DNA of 64,000 nt, taken from assembly GCF_964204645.1 (NCBI RefSeq), contig NC_134035.1, positions 3,534,001-3,598,000 of the forward strand. Reading direction: 5' to 3'. Shown here piece by piece: positions 46,679-60,052 of the stretch. Positions within the stretch are counted from its first letter, which is position 1; every line of letters begins with the position of its first letter. The position numbers and the translations under genes are program-made. The stretch is from Tubulanus polymorphus. Its lineage: Eukaryota > Animalia > Nemertea. Below the pieces are notes generated by a model. It worked only from the letters and a program-made list of their open reading frames with translations. It did no database searches and was not told the origin of the DNA.

Positions 46679-49600
46679 GGGTCGTAAACGCCGTATCCTT
46701 TGATTTTCCAATCTTTCGAATGTGTTTATAGCAGTGACTTTAAAATTATAATTCATTTATCATCGAATTATAATTCATTTATCACCGATTGCGCAGGTTA
46801 CCCGGATTAAACCGACCGGGCTGCTAATTCCTGCTATAGTTTCGGTGGTAAGTGTGCGCGGGGGCACTTAGCGCTAAAATCTCGTCTACCAAAACGGGTT
46901 ACGTACGTGTTAAATCAAACAGGCATAATCCGCTAAAAACACCGCGTTAGAGTAGCGCGTTCAACCGAACACTCTGCGCGTCAGTTAAAGATTATTACGG
47001 TCTTGTTTTAAAGCCATTTAAAACGAACGGCGGTCCCGGCGGGAGATCTTCTCACAATCGCAGCCACAGTTAGTCGTCTCGGCGCGTTCATCAATTTCCG
47101 CAGGCTTTCTAATCGTCTCACCGGGCGCGAACGCACCGCGCCGTCTTGTTCACCGCCGTATTTGCCTTGCTTTCAAATTTGTTGTAACAACTTTCTCTTC
47201 CAACGCGTGAATACGTAGATCCCTTTACATTTGCGCGTTTCTGAAAAAAAGTCTGCGGAAAACGTCGCGATAATTAGATTTGTTTGCTTTATTGCTCGCG
47301 TAGGAATCGGAACGATGATTCAGTTGAATTCTAACCATTGACTCTAAAACGTTGTATAGTCAATGATTCTACGAAATGTGAATGTTTCAACGAAAACTGT
47401 TTAATGTTTTTTTCTATGTATATCGATATCATACAATAAAGATTGAAATACGAACTTTGAGAACTTAAAGAGAAAATCTTGTATCGTTAATGACGCATGG
47501 GAACTCATAAGCCCAGGCACGGTTCCAGGGCCAATGCTAGACTGTATTGGAAAACAATTTTCGGCACTTTTGTCAAATAAGGGCAGTTCACAAAAAACGT
47601 TATAGCTGAAACCAATAGCATGTTTGAAACTAATGGGTCTAGCTAGACAATTCTGAAAGGACAGTTTGATAAAATATCATTATAATCCGTCATTTCATGT
47701 CATTTAGAGGTTTTTACAGACGGTTGTGCTGAAAATGCGCCGTCGAAAATTTGTTCGGAGAAATTTCAAAGGACACTTGAAATTTTATAGTCCGTATTGG
47801 GCAAACGGCTGATACGGCCCGGATCCGCCCCTATATTCATGGTGTCCTGATCTGGAATCACGCGCTTTATTGGGAAAGGATCTTTTCAGTCTAGTTAAGG
47901 ATTAACAACATCCTTATATATATATATAACGTTGTTTACATGTACCGTGTTTTTCATCGAACTAAAACCGTTAATATGAAATGCGCAATTTAGCATATTT
48001 TTGCCAGATAGAAATTAGGTGGAGCTTTGATATAATATTCCCCACTAAGAATGAAATTGTTTCCTTGACCAAATATGTTTAGTACAAACTAATAAGTCAT
48101 CTATACGTCAAATATAGAATAAATGCTTTAGCTCAAGGTAATATTTCAGACTATTTCTAATCATAGGGAGGGACTTGTCTTGGAGTAATCATTCGACAAT
48201 CGATTACTCCAAGGTCTTACGTATTAATAGTTGTCGTTTAATCATAATCCGTACTGACGATTCTCAACGATTCGAATCCTAATAAATGCAGTATCTTATG
48301 GAATTCTCGTGCCAACGGCAAAAAGATCAATCGCCTTAAGATCTGCGCTCATCGCCGAGGGCGGCTATTATTTGTTTTTAAGACATGTTTTTGAGACAAA
48401 CACAAACAACACGAATAACGGCTGATCTAAAAGGCGGCGAATTAAGACACCCGGTGCGCGAAGCCGGTATCGCTGAGGCTAACGCGGATGCGTAGTACGT
48501 CACGATCGCGGGAAATCAGCCGGGATACTCAGAGCTCAATGCGATATCCTTCCCGCCGCTGACGATTGACGTGCCGTACACGAATGCGCATTTGTCTTCA
48601 TCATCTACCGCAGTCTCGCTTTCCCCCCTAACCAAAGGATTTTTTAATTCTACCGTTTGATGTCCGCATCTCTGACTATTAGCGCGGCCATTTATTCGCC
48701 GGCTCCGTGTCCTTGCTTAACAACCGTTATAAGTGTCTTATTTACCGAATAGTTCGAATGACGGCAGCTGTAATATCCGCTCGCTCGTCTGGGCGGCGGT
48801 GATATTATGTCTGACGTAACTACGCGCTGTTTAAACCCCAGTTGATACCCATATAGATTCGATCGTACATAGAAATCGAATACAGCGCCTGTAAGGTGCG
48901 TTTATACGGAAACGTTAAGTTCAGTTTAGGTTTCTTTTTCTTTTCGCGCTGTAAAAACCGTTTCAATAATGTTTGTTTGGCCAAAATTTCATCAAGGCCA
49001 ACGTCTTTATTTCGACAGTTTATTTACACGACACACGTTTTGATTGCGCGTCACACAAGTCTTCTTCATTCGGGTTCTGTGCGAGTCGATGTGAGCACTA
49101 CGTCATCAATATTGGCGATTCGAATATCAATTACCGAATTGAATTATTCAATTCGAATATCGATTATCGATTACAATTTCGAATTTTGGAGTTTATTGCG
49201 ATATCACATATCATATAACTCATATTTCATTGATGAATTTTAAGGATTATTTCTCAGTGGATGTACACTACGATATCGAGCTGGAATGGTCAAGTCTAAA
49301 TATTATTGATCTGGGTCACCACTTCTCAATTTGGCGATACGTCAAAAAAGGCTGGCAATTATTCTATCAATATCTGTCATGTTCGCCGTATTTCGTTTTT
49401 ATGTCTACGAGGTTATTCTTTTTTCTTTCTTTCTTATATAACATATTGTATGAGAGTGTGAACTACTCGTTTAGGGGGAGTTAGCTCTTCTCTTGGGATC
49501 CCATTTCGCAATCTTCGGCCGGACGAAACCCGTACAACCGATCGGCAAACCTCAAACATCGGCGCGTTGCCTCTTTACGTTCGTTCTCTATAACCAACAA

Positions 49601-50641
49601 AAGACCGTCTAATTTCAACAACGGCGGAAGTTCATTAATAGATTTTGATCGATCGGCCGTTTAGCCGAGTGCGAATTACGCGCGGTCTTCCGATGATGTT
49701 ACAACAAAATGATGACAAAACGTAGCGTAGTAACATTGATAACGGGAAACAACAGGAACACTCGCACACACTCACACACACACACTCATACACACTCACT
49801 CATACGGTGAATCCTCTCTCGCTACGACTGCTGGAAAATGATTGATGCGCTCAACACGATACACAAAATACTCATCCGTCGTCTATATCAATATTGAGAT
49901 TATCAACGCGAAAGAGTCCCCTCGGGCAGCCGCAAACTCGAGCCGAATTACCATTTTCAGGTCTTCCAATCAAAACGATATGATTCGCGAAACCGTATTT
50001 TGTCCGCGCGCGCGCGCGCTGCACGCCGAATGTGGAAAATTAGAAATTTTGATTTTGCGCCGAGATGGGGGAAGCGTCGCTTAGCCGGTAATCAGACATT
50101 TTAGCAGCGTCTGAAATGGAAAATTAGTGTGCGACGATCAGGCACTGCCGTGTCTGTCTTTCGCAAATGGCAACCGCCGTGTAAACTTACATATATTTTT
50201 CGGAATTAAGCCCCCAACGGATCCAGTTCAATTGAGTGAAGATTTGACAACGAAACTGAACTGATTTTAACTAGCTACACTTCAAAGGCCGTGGTCACGT
50301 CGTAAGGTTAAATGTAAAATAAATATACAGGGTTCGTTTTGGGAATTCTAGGTTCATAAAACAAAAAACAAAACAAACTACCCTGAGTTAACTCCCCGCG
50401 CGAACTGGATCCTGATTTTAAATTCTAAATTCAACAAATACGTCAAACTTTTGCCTTAATTAAAAACATTTTTGCTAAATAGATCAGTGAAATTATGGGC
50501 TTTTGCCTTGTATTCAACTATTAGACATTGATGCGGACGAATAATATGAATAGTAAATAATTTTCATAATTCGATATCCTAATTACTTTATAATATTCAT
50601 ATCTATCATAAGTACAACAAGACGAGTAGTACTATACAGTG

Positions 50642-50863
50642 TAACGGTACACGGTAATAATGCCAGAGGTTAAAATGCCATAGGTAATAATGCCAGAAGT
50701 AAAAATGCCAGGGGTAAAAATGCCAGGGTTGTAATAATGCCAGAGGTAAAAATGCCAGACGGATATATGCACTATATTTGTTTATTCATATTCAAAATAA
50801 TTTAAAACCGGAATAAATGTCACCTCATCTTATCATATGCGTGTATTAGTTTAACGGTACACG
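50642..50863. repeat. ~15-bp tandem repeat (ggtaaaaatgccaga, ~7 units) within a segment bounded by 12-bp direct repeats
   Basis: Units at 50653..50759; taacggtacacg at 50642..50653 and 50852..50863. Confidence 0.8.
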
Positions 50864-52679
50864 TCTGTTTAAGGTACTTGATCTTTTATCAGTGTCGGAC
50901 TGACCACTGTCTTATCAGTGCCTACAAGAGGACATGTACTCGTTTTTTCACCCATTCTCTCATCTGGAACTATATAAATCTTTTAATCATTTTACTACAT
51001 ATTATAAATAAAAATCCGGATTACCTGGTCGGGGAACTATGAACTCATATCATGTTTGAACTTGGTAAACAAAAAAAAAACTTACATTGTTTCGATCTAT
51101 GGATTACCAGTTATAGTGAAGGAATTAAATTGATTTGTATACTCGATAAAAATACAGCTTTTAGCAAAAGCACAGAAGTTGCTTTGACATTCGAGCGTGG
51201 TGATGGATGATCTAATCGGATCGATAGCATAACACTGCGAGTCACCCGATGACGTACTACGATCAAAATGATGATATTCAAATGAAAAACGCCGGCTTTG
51301 TTTATCGCACGCGATTTTTGGAAGTTGCCTGATGTTGTTTTGCGCGATATACGCTTCGCCTACGCGCGCATCGTTTGATTTGTAAATGTCAAAATTCTAA
51401 TAGTAGTCGGTTCGTTTCGAAAAAACATTCGATCGGTGGGTCGGTTTTTTCGTTTCTGGAGAAAAACCGCCGCCGGCCATTGAAGTATTAACTAACATCC
51501 CTTTAAAATTAAAACTGAACTTAACGTAAAAATGATACATTTTTGTCGAAAGCGAAGTTCGCTGTGTTAGAAGTATTTCAATTTTACCAAGCTTCTATCC
51601 TCGTTGTATATAGTATGTATTCCATACTGCTAAAATTAGAATTAAAGTTTATTCCGAATTTCCCAATTATGTGTTTCGATTTGAGCAAAAAATTCTGTAG
51701 TTTCGACCGCCGATCACAAAACTATGATATCTGCATGCTTGGATTTCCGATTTCAAAATCAAACCGCCGGTTACGCTCCCGGCAGGTGTGGTGGGTTTGT
51801 TTGTAAGGGACACCAAATGAAAAATATATCAAACGAAATCTAACAATTGAACGGGGAAAATTCCTATTTTTAGATCAAAATCTAAGTTTATAATCAAGTT
51901 AAAGGTTATGTGGTTCTTATTGTTGTTGTTTTAGCCAGAAAATTGAAACCGAAGGAAATAGCTACCGGTAATAGATTATTTTGGACAAAAAAATGCCAGG
52001 CCATCAAAGAAGAATGACTAATTTTCTTACATAAATGAACATATTAAGTGTTTATATGACTTAAAAAAACTTTGATAAGAAGGAAAATGTCGATCCGAAC
52101 ACGAAAGACGAAAAACTTCATTACTGGCCTTATTGACTTTGTCCTACACAGTATTCGGTACTGCGGCGATCATTGATTTGACAAAAGTAGCGAACTAACC
52201 ACCTAGAGATGGCAGTTCAATTCAGGGAATCACTGCAAATAATTTTCTGTTTATGATGGTAGTACCAAAAGTATCAATGATAGATATGAGTAAAATAACT
52301 TCGCGAACGCCTTGAGTCAGGCGATGCCATCCCGTACGGGAAGGATACATCTCGGCAACAGAAGCCACCGGTAATTCGCACCGCTGATATCAATGCGATG
52401 ATGTTCATTCCCTCAATATTCATTACACGAAAATCCATTTCTCTTATCAATTGTTTGTCACTAGATTATCGATAATGAATTGAAAAAGACTCCGATTATT
52501 CGTTAAATGTAAAACTATCGCCATTAAAGAAATAGCTTTTTGTGTGTGCGCGGGAGGGAGGAGATAAAGCGATATCGTGATCACTGATAGTTGGCTAGGT
52601 TGGAAATATATATCTGTTCGGAGTGGTTGGTGGAGGTTGCAAATTCTGTAGAAACCAGACTAGATTTATTAGGGAGAGG

Positions 52680-53240
52680 TCACGTGGTTAAAATTTTTTA
52701 GAGGGAGAGAGTAGTTAAGTTGGGGAACCAGTAGAGAGAAAGGGAGTTCGAATTTTGGCAGCCACCAGTACAGTTGTTTGTAGATCCCATGAGATCACCA
52801 GTATCATCAGTATGTTGTTAGATTATTTTTTGGAGAACTTCATCTAAGAAGCGATCGATCGTCACGTGTGTCTTTAGTAAATATATGCAATTTTAAATTC
52901 CGTCATCAACACGTTCACGTGTACAGTGGAACAGCACTCCTTGTTAATCACGTGTGTTACGAGTCACGTGGCCACCTCGCACTCATTCTAAATTTTCTTC
53001 GAGACTTCCTCAAGGATCCCGTGGGTGAACAATTAGCTAAAACGCTCGGCTAAGATTTCAACCATTGTTTCCCGCAGCCAGACGTCGGTTGTTGTTTCAT
53101 TCCAGTTGTCGACGACGGCTTCGAGTTTGAGTTTCCGTCGCGCTATTCGACGACACAAACCATCCACTTTAAAGGCGGCGTTGACCGGAAGTGTGCGTAC
53201 AAGTCATGTTCTCCGAGACACCGCACTCTCATCACGTGAC
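52680..53240. promoter_or_regulatory. Candidate promoter/enhancer: cluster of six TCACGTG E-boxes plus an ETS site
   Basis: CACGTG at 52681, 52863, 52916, 52949, 52965 and 53233, each preceded by T; CCGGAAGT at ~53185. Confidence 0.45.
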
Positions 53241-53434
53241 TAAAATCCACGGTCATCGTGTGTTAGTTACATTTAAAACCGTAAACGATAGATATCTGCA
53301 AAATATGGTTTACAAATGATAAAAGTAGAAATTAAAAAGACATAAATTCATTACCGAAATATTTTAAAACACACCTGGGCCCAGTTCAACGTTGTGAGTC
53401 AGAGCAAACTCTAATTTAAAGTAAGTTCGCAACG

Positions 53435-53818
53435 TCAGATCATCTATTCACCTACTCAGCCATCAGATACTCTATTCACCTACCCTGCCATCAGATCATC
53501 TATTCTACTATTGTGCCATCAGATCATCTATTCACCTACCCTGCAATCAGATCATCTATTCACCTACCCTGCCATCAGATCATCTATTCTACTATTGTGC
53601 CATCAGATCATCTATTCTACTATTGTGCCATCTGATCATCTATTCACCTACCCTGCCATCAGATCATCTATTCTCCTACCCTGCCATCAGATCATCTATT
53701 CACCTACCCTGCCATCAGATCATCTATTCTACTATTGTGCCATCAGATCATCTATTCACCTACCCTGCCATCATATCATCTATTCTCCTAATCTGCCATC
53801 AGATCATCTATCCTACTA
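53435..53818. repeat. 28-bp minisatellite, ~14 units, two alternating variants
   Basis: gccatcagatcatctattc followed by either acctaccct or tactattgt. Confidence 0.95.
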
Positions 53819-55268
53819 TGCGCTATTGTACTAGGCCTATCCGTTGAATTTACCAAGTTCCTTTTTCAGAAACAAGGCTTTGTTTCTGTTCTTTTTTGAC
53901 TTTTCAACCATGAAATTTGAGATGAATATCAGGACTATCCCAATCGAAACATCAGTACATTTTTCTACGTTGTTGTTCTGATTGATTCGATTTAGACACA
54001 TCCGCGCGTGATCTATCTATCTGCGTAGGGTGATATGAAAGACATCGCGTATCTTTTAGGATAGTAATCTGACCTTCACGCTGGATTATTTTCGGCTACA
54101 CGATAACAGTATATAAAGTTAGGGCGTTTAGAGTTACATCGTACTCGTCGTTTGCCCCTGACGTTCGCAGTCACGTGCACGTGCCACTTTTGACACGGCC
54201 AGAGATCCTCAACCTCATTAGTCATTCGCGCAAACAATTAGTTTAAGTTGGCGGAACTGTTACGTGCACGTAAAATCAACAGTATACTTGTTATGATACA
54301 TAATTTTTCGTTCCATTGTCTGTTGATTAATAGTCTAGAAAAAAGGAAAAATCTAACGCGGCCTTCAGACGTGAACGAACAAAGGATTATGCCATCCTGT
54401 TATCTTTTGCCTCATATTCGCGATTTGTTTGCGACACTCACAAAGAAGCATTGAGAAATGTGAAATACGCCAGGTCCGTGCCGAGCTTTTGTGGAGCAGT
54501 TCCATTTCATTAAAAAGGGCACTTTTTACCACGAAAAGGGGAACTTTCCTGTTGAGTAATCATTCAATAATGGGTGATTTTTCATATCCATTAGAAAAAC
54601 ACGAGAACTGTATCTAAACTTCGAATAATCCTGACACAAATTTGTTGACACTGACTTTCTGAAGGGCCTTCGAAAATTTACGGGGGAAATATCGGCATCG
54701 ACCTAAATCACGAGGAGGCTTGACTCGATTATAGTTTTTAGAGGGGGGATGAGAAAGGATCTATATTCTCACGCGTTCTAACATGCCGTATTAAAGTATA
54801 CCCGCTGCCGGAGAGTTCAAACGGTTGACGATAGAACAACACCCTGAAACCCTACAAGAAAACATTCACTGTAATGAAACTAATGAAACGACAACTGATA
54901 TGTATTAATATATGTATACATGAAATTGAATCTCGTTTATAGATTCGAGCATTTATCATTTATTCAACGCGTCATTGAGCGTTTGAATATTTCTGACATA
55001 GAATATATCAACACAGGTCTCATACTTCGATATATCTGCATTGCTAAATGATCCGTGGTTCATTTTCCGTCCGAAGCAGAGCGTAAACCGTCTGATTTTT
55101 TTCTAACGTAAAAACCGTTAAAAATGATATTTCTATATACGATGTTAACTATACAGGATCCGGCCCCATACAGTTCTAACATTTGAGTTAAATCATTTGC
55201 AGTTAACTCATTGAAATTGAGCTAATTGTTACTGCCTTTCATTGACAACACTGGGGAACTAGCTCCTG

Positions 55269-55395
55269 GGCCCAGTTCCATAGTCATGGCTTAGACTTAA
55301 GACCATCCTAGTTCTCTAACCAATCTAACAACTTAAGACCAGTTCTAAAATTTAAGACCATTTTTGGACGTAAGTCTCATCTGAGGAACCAGCCC
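55269..55395. mobile_element. MITE with CTG target duplication (internal cttaagacc motifs; relatives at ~5985, 7868-8080, 40719)
   Basis: ctg|ggcccagttccatagtcatggcttag ... ctgaggaaccagccc|ctg. Confidence 0.7.
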
Positions 55396-56042
55396 CTGAG
55401 CGGTATTTACGGAAACATTTCCGACTGAATATTATTTATTATTTTGGGATTCTCTGAGATTCTCGCGTTATGTTTTAGTTCCCTTCTTTAACGGTGCGTG
55501 CCGTATATCGAGCGAGCGATGGGAAACGTCGACTTTTGCCCGTTCGTCCTTAACATCTGTATATCAAAGCAGCCCCCCGCTCGCGTTGTTTCTCGGCAAC
55601 TTGCGAACTCAGTCAATGGCCATCGGGGACGATGATCCATCAGTGTCGCGCTGAGAGCTGTATTATAGGGTGCCTGAAGCCGATACGGCTGCATACACAC
55701 ACACCAGAACAAAGCGCACGGTGCGTCATATTAATCAAACGAGAAACAAAATATGGGATAAAGACTGGGGCACTTATCCGAGTTTGAAGAGTGAACGGCC
55801 GGCCCTCTTAAATAATTACAGATAATGGTGACATTAATATGGAGGTCGTGTTTGTGATGTCATATCATCTTAATGTTTGCCCGTCAGTTTGCCCGTCAGC
55901 GATGCAGTATCAACAAAATATGTTGATAGTCGTTCATAGATTTTGGGGATCTTTCATGTACATCTCTGATTTTAACGACCGTCAGTATGGCATCGGTCAC
56001 GGGAAAAAACGATCATTGCTGCAAGACCTTCTGCCATGTCTT

Positions 56043-56105
56043 TGTGGCTTGGTGGATGTGTTCGACGCGCAACCGAGAGGTGGTGGGTTCGAACCCTGGT
56101 TAATC
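56043..56105 (+). mobile_element. tRNA-like SINE head (Pol III A/B boxes), degenerate
   Basis: tggcttggtgg ... ggttcgaaccc; no complete cloverleaf seen. Confidence 0.5.
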
Positions 56106-57940
56106 CCTGCTATTCGGTCCGTCGTATGTGGGCACCGGAAATACCTATTTCACCGCACTTTAGGCATTCTGTCACATGGCACATCTTATAGATCCATTTC
56201 AATGGGCTGAAAAAAACTTGATTCCGCCTAAACTTCCAAAGTCAATTTGCCATTGTGGCCATTGTCTATGAAAGTAACACTGTACATACGACTTAAGAAC
56301 TTCAGTTCAACCGAGGCCATAATGCTGCCTGTTTTACCTATGCTCAGAGGGTCTAGTTATCGAAGGCCTCCAGGACAGGACCCAAACCGTGTCAGATGTA
56401 TAGTCAGTTAATCCATATCAGCCCCGCCCCACCCCACTCCTTATACAAAATATTAGGGTCCGTCCCTGATACGTTGAAATAAGCCGGTGTACTTTGGCAT
56501 CAAAAACTCGGTACCAGACAAAAATAGATCGACGTTAGTTATTGCTATTTCCAACGAATGTAGGCACTAAACTCCTTCCGCCAGCAGCTCGTGTTCAGCC
56601 GATGATGCGGCGGCAGTTTTAACGCGAAAAAGTGCCGAATGTTTTATTTAACGGCGTCGTGTCTCGGCGAATTAGTTTAGGGGCGGCTCGGATGAAAATC
56701 AACTCAATTTCTTTATTGCTTACACGCGACGAATTATGCCATAAAAGCCGCGTGAATTGCGAGGCCATCAATCAGTGGAACTACTAGTTTGATTAGGCAT
56801 TAAACGATGATAAGCCGACCGACTAGCTGCAATAATATAGCCGAATATCGTTCCCCCGGCGAACGCGCGGTCCCATACCGGACCAGAAGTCGGACTAGAT
56901 ATCTACGCCGTAGCAAATTGAATTATCTATTAGGCAACGCGCGCTCGACGAAGAGCCAATTGATGAAACTGGCGAGTGGAAGTACTCGACGACACATTCA
57001 GTGCACGTGGATGAGTTAAAGTGACACATTTATTACTTATCTCACGATGTCCTGCGCATCGTGCTCGCTCTATCAAATCCTTCAATTGGCATTAGCAGTG
57101 AAGGTTTTTCTGTCTAATTGGACGGACTGCGCATCGTTTTTTTCTGGGTCAAAATCGTCGTCTTCCAGCTGAAATACGCCTCGCACATTTTTGTTCAATA
57201 GCCGAAATGCGCCGCGCATATTTTTGTTCGCTAGAATAGTCCGCCCGTTAGCGCCGGAGATAGCAATTCTCGGTTCGAGATACGGATTCTTTACTTCAGT
57301 CTATACATTGAATATATATAACATTAGAATTCCCGTATCTTTCCTGTGATTCTTATCAATTACAAAAAAAAGATGTACGAATGACCAGTTGCCTATCAGC
57401 ATTTTTGCGACAGAAAATTAAGTCCTTCTCCCGGCGGGCAACATAGCACAAGCCGGTGGCGCCGCCCTCGTGCTTTTAGCCAACCAGCCAATCAACGCGA
57501 AGTAAACACTTCCTTTTCAGTTCCGGAACTCAGGCCTTTCTGATTAATGTCAAATTTGCAATTAATGCAGTGAACAAAAATGCGTGCGCCGGACTACAGC
57601 TCGACGTCGACGATTTTGACCCGGAATTGCGAAATGCGAATTTTCAAGTTGGGACTCGTCCCTCGACGACGTCGGCGTCTCGACATGCTCCATCGTTTCG
57701 AGATATGATGAGAACGCAATCATATATCATTACTTTCGATCATTCATTCCAGTCGCAGAGAAGGGACGACGACTCGCAACGGCAAAATCAAATATGATAA
57801 TGAATTACTCTTGTCAAATATGTCGTGATTCCGATGTAATCAGTCGATGAAAATCGATGGCTAGCAAATTCCGAGACTTTTCAAAGTACAATCGCTCATT
57901 TGAATTTCGCCGTCTGTAGATCGGCGAATATGACAGTTAT

Positions 57941-57944
<4 letters not shown>

Positions 57945-58015
<71 letters not shown>
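57945..58015. repeat. (TA)n microsatellite
   Basis: Perfect TA run. Confidence 0.98.
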
Positions 58016-58019
<4 letters not shown>

Positions 58020-59081
58020 AACGGACGAGCTTTCGAAGTATTGAAACAAGCGCGCGGGAAAGTTCGTTTATTCCGAGAAACTTTTGCGCGCCCGATAAAC
58101 GCCTGGATATTTATTATTATAGGGTTCGTTTTGCGTTCGTATCGAAGGCAGTGCGCGACGAATTAAACTAGAGAGCCATTCGATCCCGAAATTCGTCGTT
58201 GCAGGCTTTCCTGGCTCATCGTGTTCAAGCCGAAATTGATAACCCGGCTACCCGAGCGATACGTGCGTACAGAATTATCCGCGCGCGTCTGTCATCGTCA
58301 CGCGTTTTGCAACTTGATATTCTCATCGCAAAGAACCCGGACGCCTATATCAGACGTTATTCTACCCTCTTCGAAACGTTTCGACGGGTATAAGATCGGT
58401 TTACGTTCCGGCGGAAAGCACGACGACGAGTGCCTCTTTCAAGTACGAAGTGTCCACTTGTAACCTATAATCTGCGAGCAAACGGGCGTTAGGTGAAGGG
58501 GAGTTTTCATCGCCGGAGTGAGAGTCGAGAAAACGCATTAGCGTTTGGTAAACACAGTCTCCGGTGGTGCTGCAGCGGCGTCGAGTTTTCCACCAGAGTT
58601 CGGTTTCTTGTTCGTTGCGCCTGCCACGCCGTGTAAACGTCTAGATTCTTCGCGATCGGTTTCGTCGTTGTTCTGTAATTCTGTCATGATGAAACTTGCG
58701 ATGAACGTTGAACGACGGGCGAAATACGAAAACTCGAAGAAGATATCTAAAAATTAATAGATATTGCGGTTTCTTTTACGCACGGTTAAGATATGCGGTC
58801 CTTGGTTTCACATCGTCACTGTTCTCAATTGTTGCGTTCAAAAATTCCAAGAATCGCCAGCAAATATCTGCATTTCATTCCTTTAAAATGCTGTATAACT
58901 TAAGTTCATCGAGCGAGGGGCTGCAGAACTATATGATATTCAATCTAAACTTATGTTTCAAAAATGAGCGCAAATCATCGCAACAATGGGGACCTCGAGG
59001 GACCGCCACAAAATGGCGCCTAGAAACTGGAAACTTCTTTATTAATTATAGACGAAATGATAATAGGTTTAAATCGGAATG

Positions 59082-59370
59082 TTTGAAAATGGCTTAAGAA
59101 TCGAGTCTAAACGTCGCGACTCCCTTAGAATTGATCCCAGTTAGTTCTGAAAATGGCTCATATAGAAATGAGTCTAAACGTCACTGCTCTCTTAGTTTTG
59201 GAAATGTCTCATAGAATAGAGTCTAAACGTCACTGCTCTCTTAGTTTTGAAAAAAGGCTTATAGAATTGAATCTTAAATTCACCACTCTCTTAGTTTTGA
59301 AGATGTCTTATAGAATAGAGTCTAAAGGTCACTGCTCTCTTGGTTTTGAAAATGTCTCATAGAATTGAAT
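59082..59370. repeat. ~49-50-bp minisatellite, ~5.5 units
   Basis: tttgaaaatggctcatagaatagagtctaaacgtcactgctctcttagt-like units (atagaa at 59162, 59211, 59261, 59310). Confidence 0.9.
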
Positions 59371-59807
59371 TCAAACTTCAAACTAACCTCTAAAACTCTA
59401 ATAACTAAACATTATTTTACTTCGCATCGCGGTTTTTTGTTTCTATATTGAACCAGACAAAATGGAATGTCGAAATCAATCGAGTCTATCGTCGACGAGA
59501 CAAATCATGCCGAATTACGCCGCCGAAATTGTAATAGAATTACGCATGACGTCACAGTTGCAGACGATGATACTATGTTATACAGTAACGAGCTTTTAGC
59601 TCAGACGCGTCGTGAGGCCATAGACACGAAACACCGGCTTCAATGCATGTTATTAAATGTTAACGAAGGGAGTAATCATGTATGATAAGATATGATTAAC
59701 CAAACTGAAAATTGTCTTGTAAGGCGTGCTCCGATGCTGATGCTGATGCCGAAGTTCGCAAAATATTTAAGTGCATAAAGTTTATTAACACATCATATCG
59801 AGCCTTG

Positions 59808-60052
59808 TGCGAGCGGTGTTGGGGAGTGGTCGTGGGTTCGAACCCCGTTCATTACCCTAGTGTCACTTATCCTCCATGCCTCTCTTCACCCAGGAGTGAA
59901 CGGGGTCTGATAGATGACTCCTGGGCGCCTAGTAGCTGCTCCGATGTTACTTCTCTCCAGGGAGAGATGACTGATGGTTCAAGTTGTAGGCTTGGGGTAA
60001 TAATACCAATTTCAAATGGAAAGCGTCGTTGAGCAGTGTATCGCAGTGTAAA
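59808..60052 (+). mobile_element. SINE copy, same family
   Basis: B box ggttcgaacccc, ctctcttcacccaggagtgaacggg, gatagatgactcctgggcgcctagtagctgctccgatgttacttctc. Confidence 0.82.

Noticed and set aside
53511-53847. Repetitive ORFs (CHQIIYS...)
   Set aside because: Produced by the 28-bp minisatellite; the period is not a multiple of 3 and there is no splice context.
56043-56105. Functional tRNA gene
   Set aside because: A/B boxes are present but no acceptor stem or complete cloverleaf could be built; treated as a SINE head.
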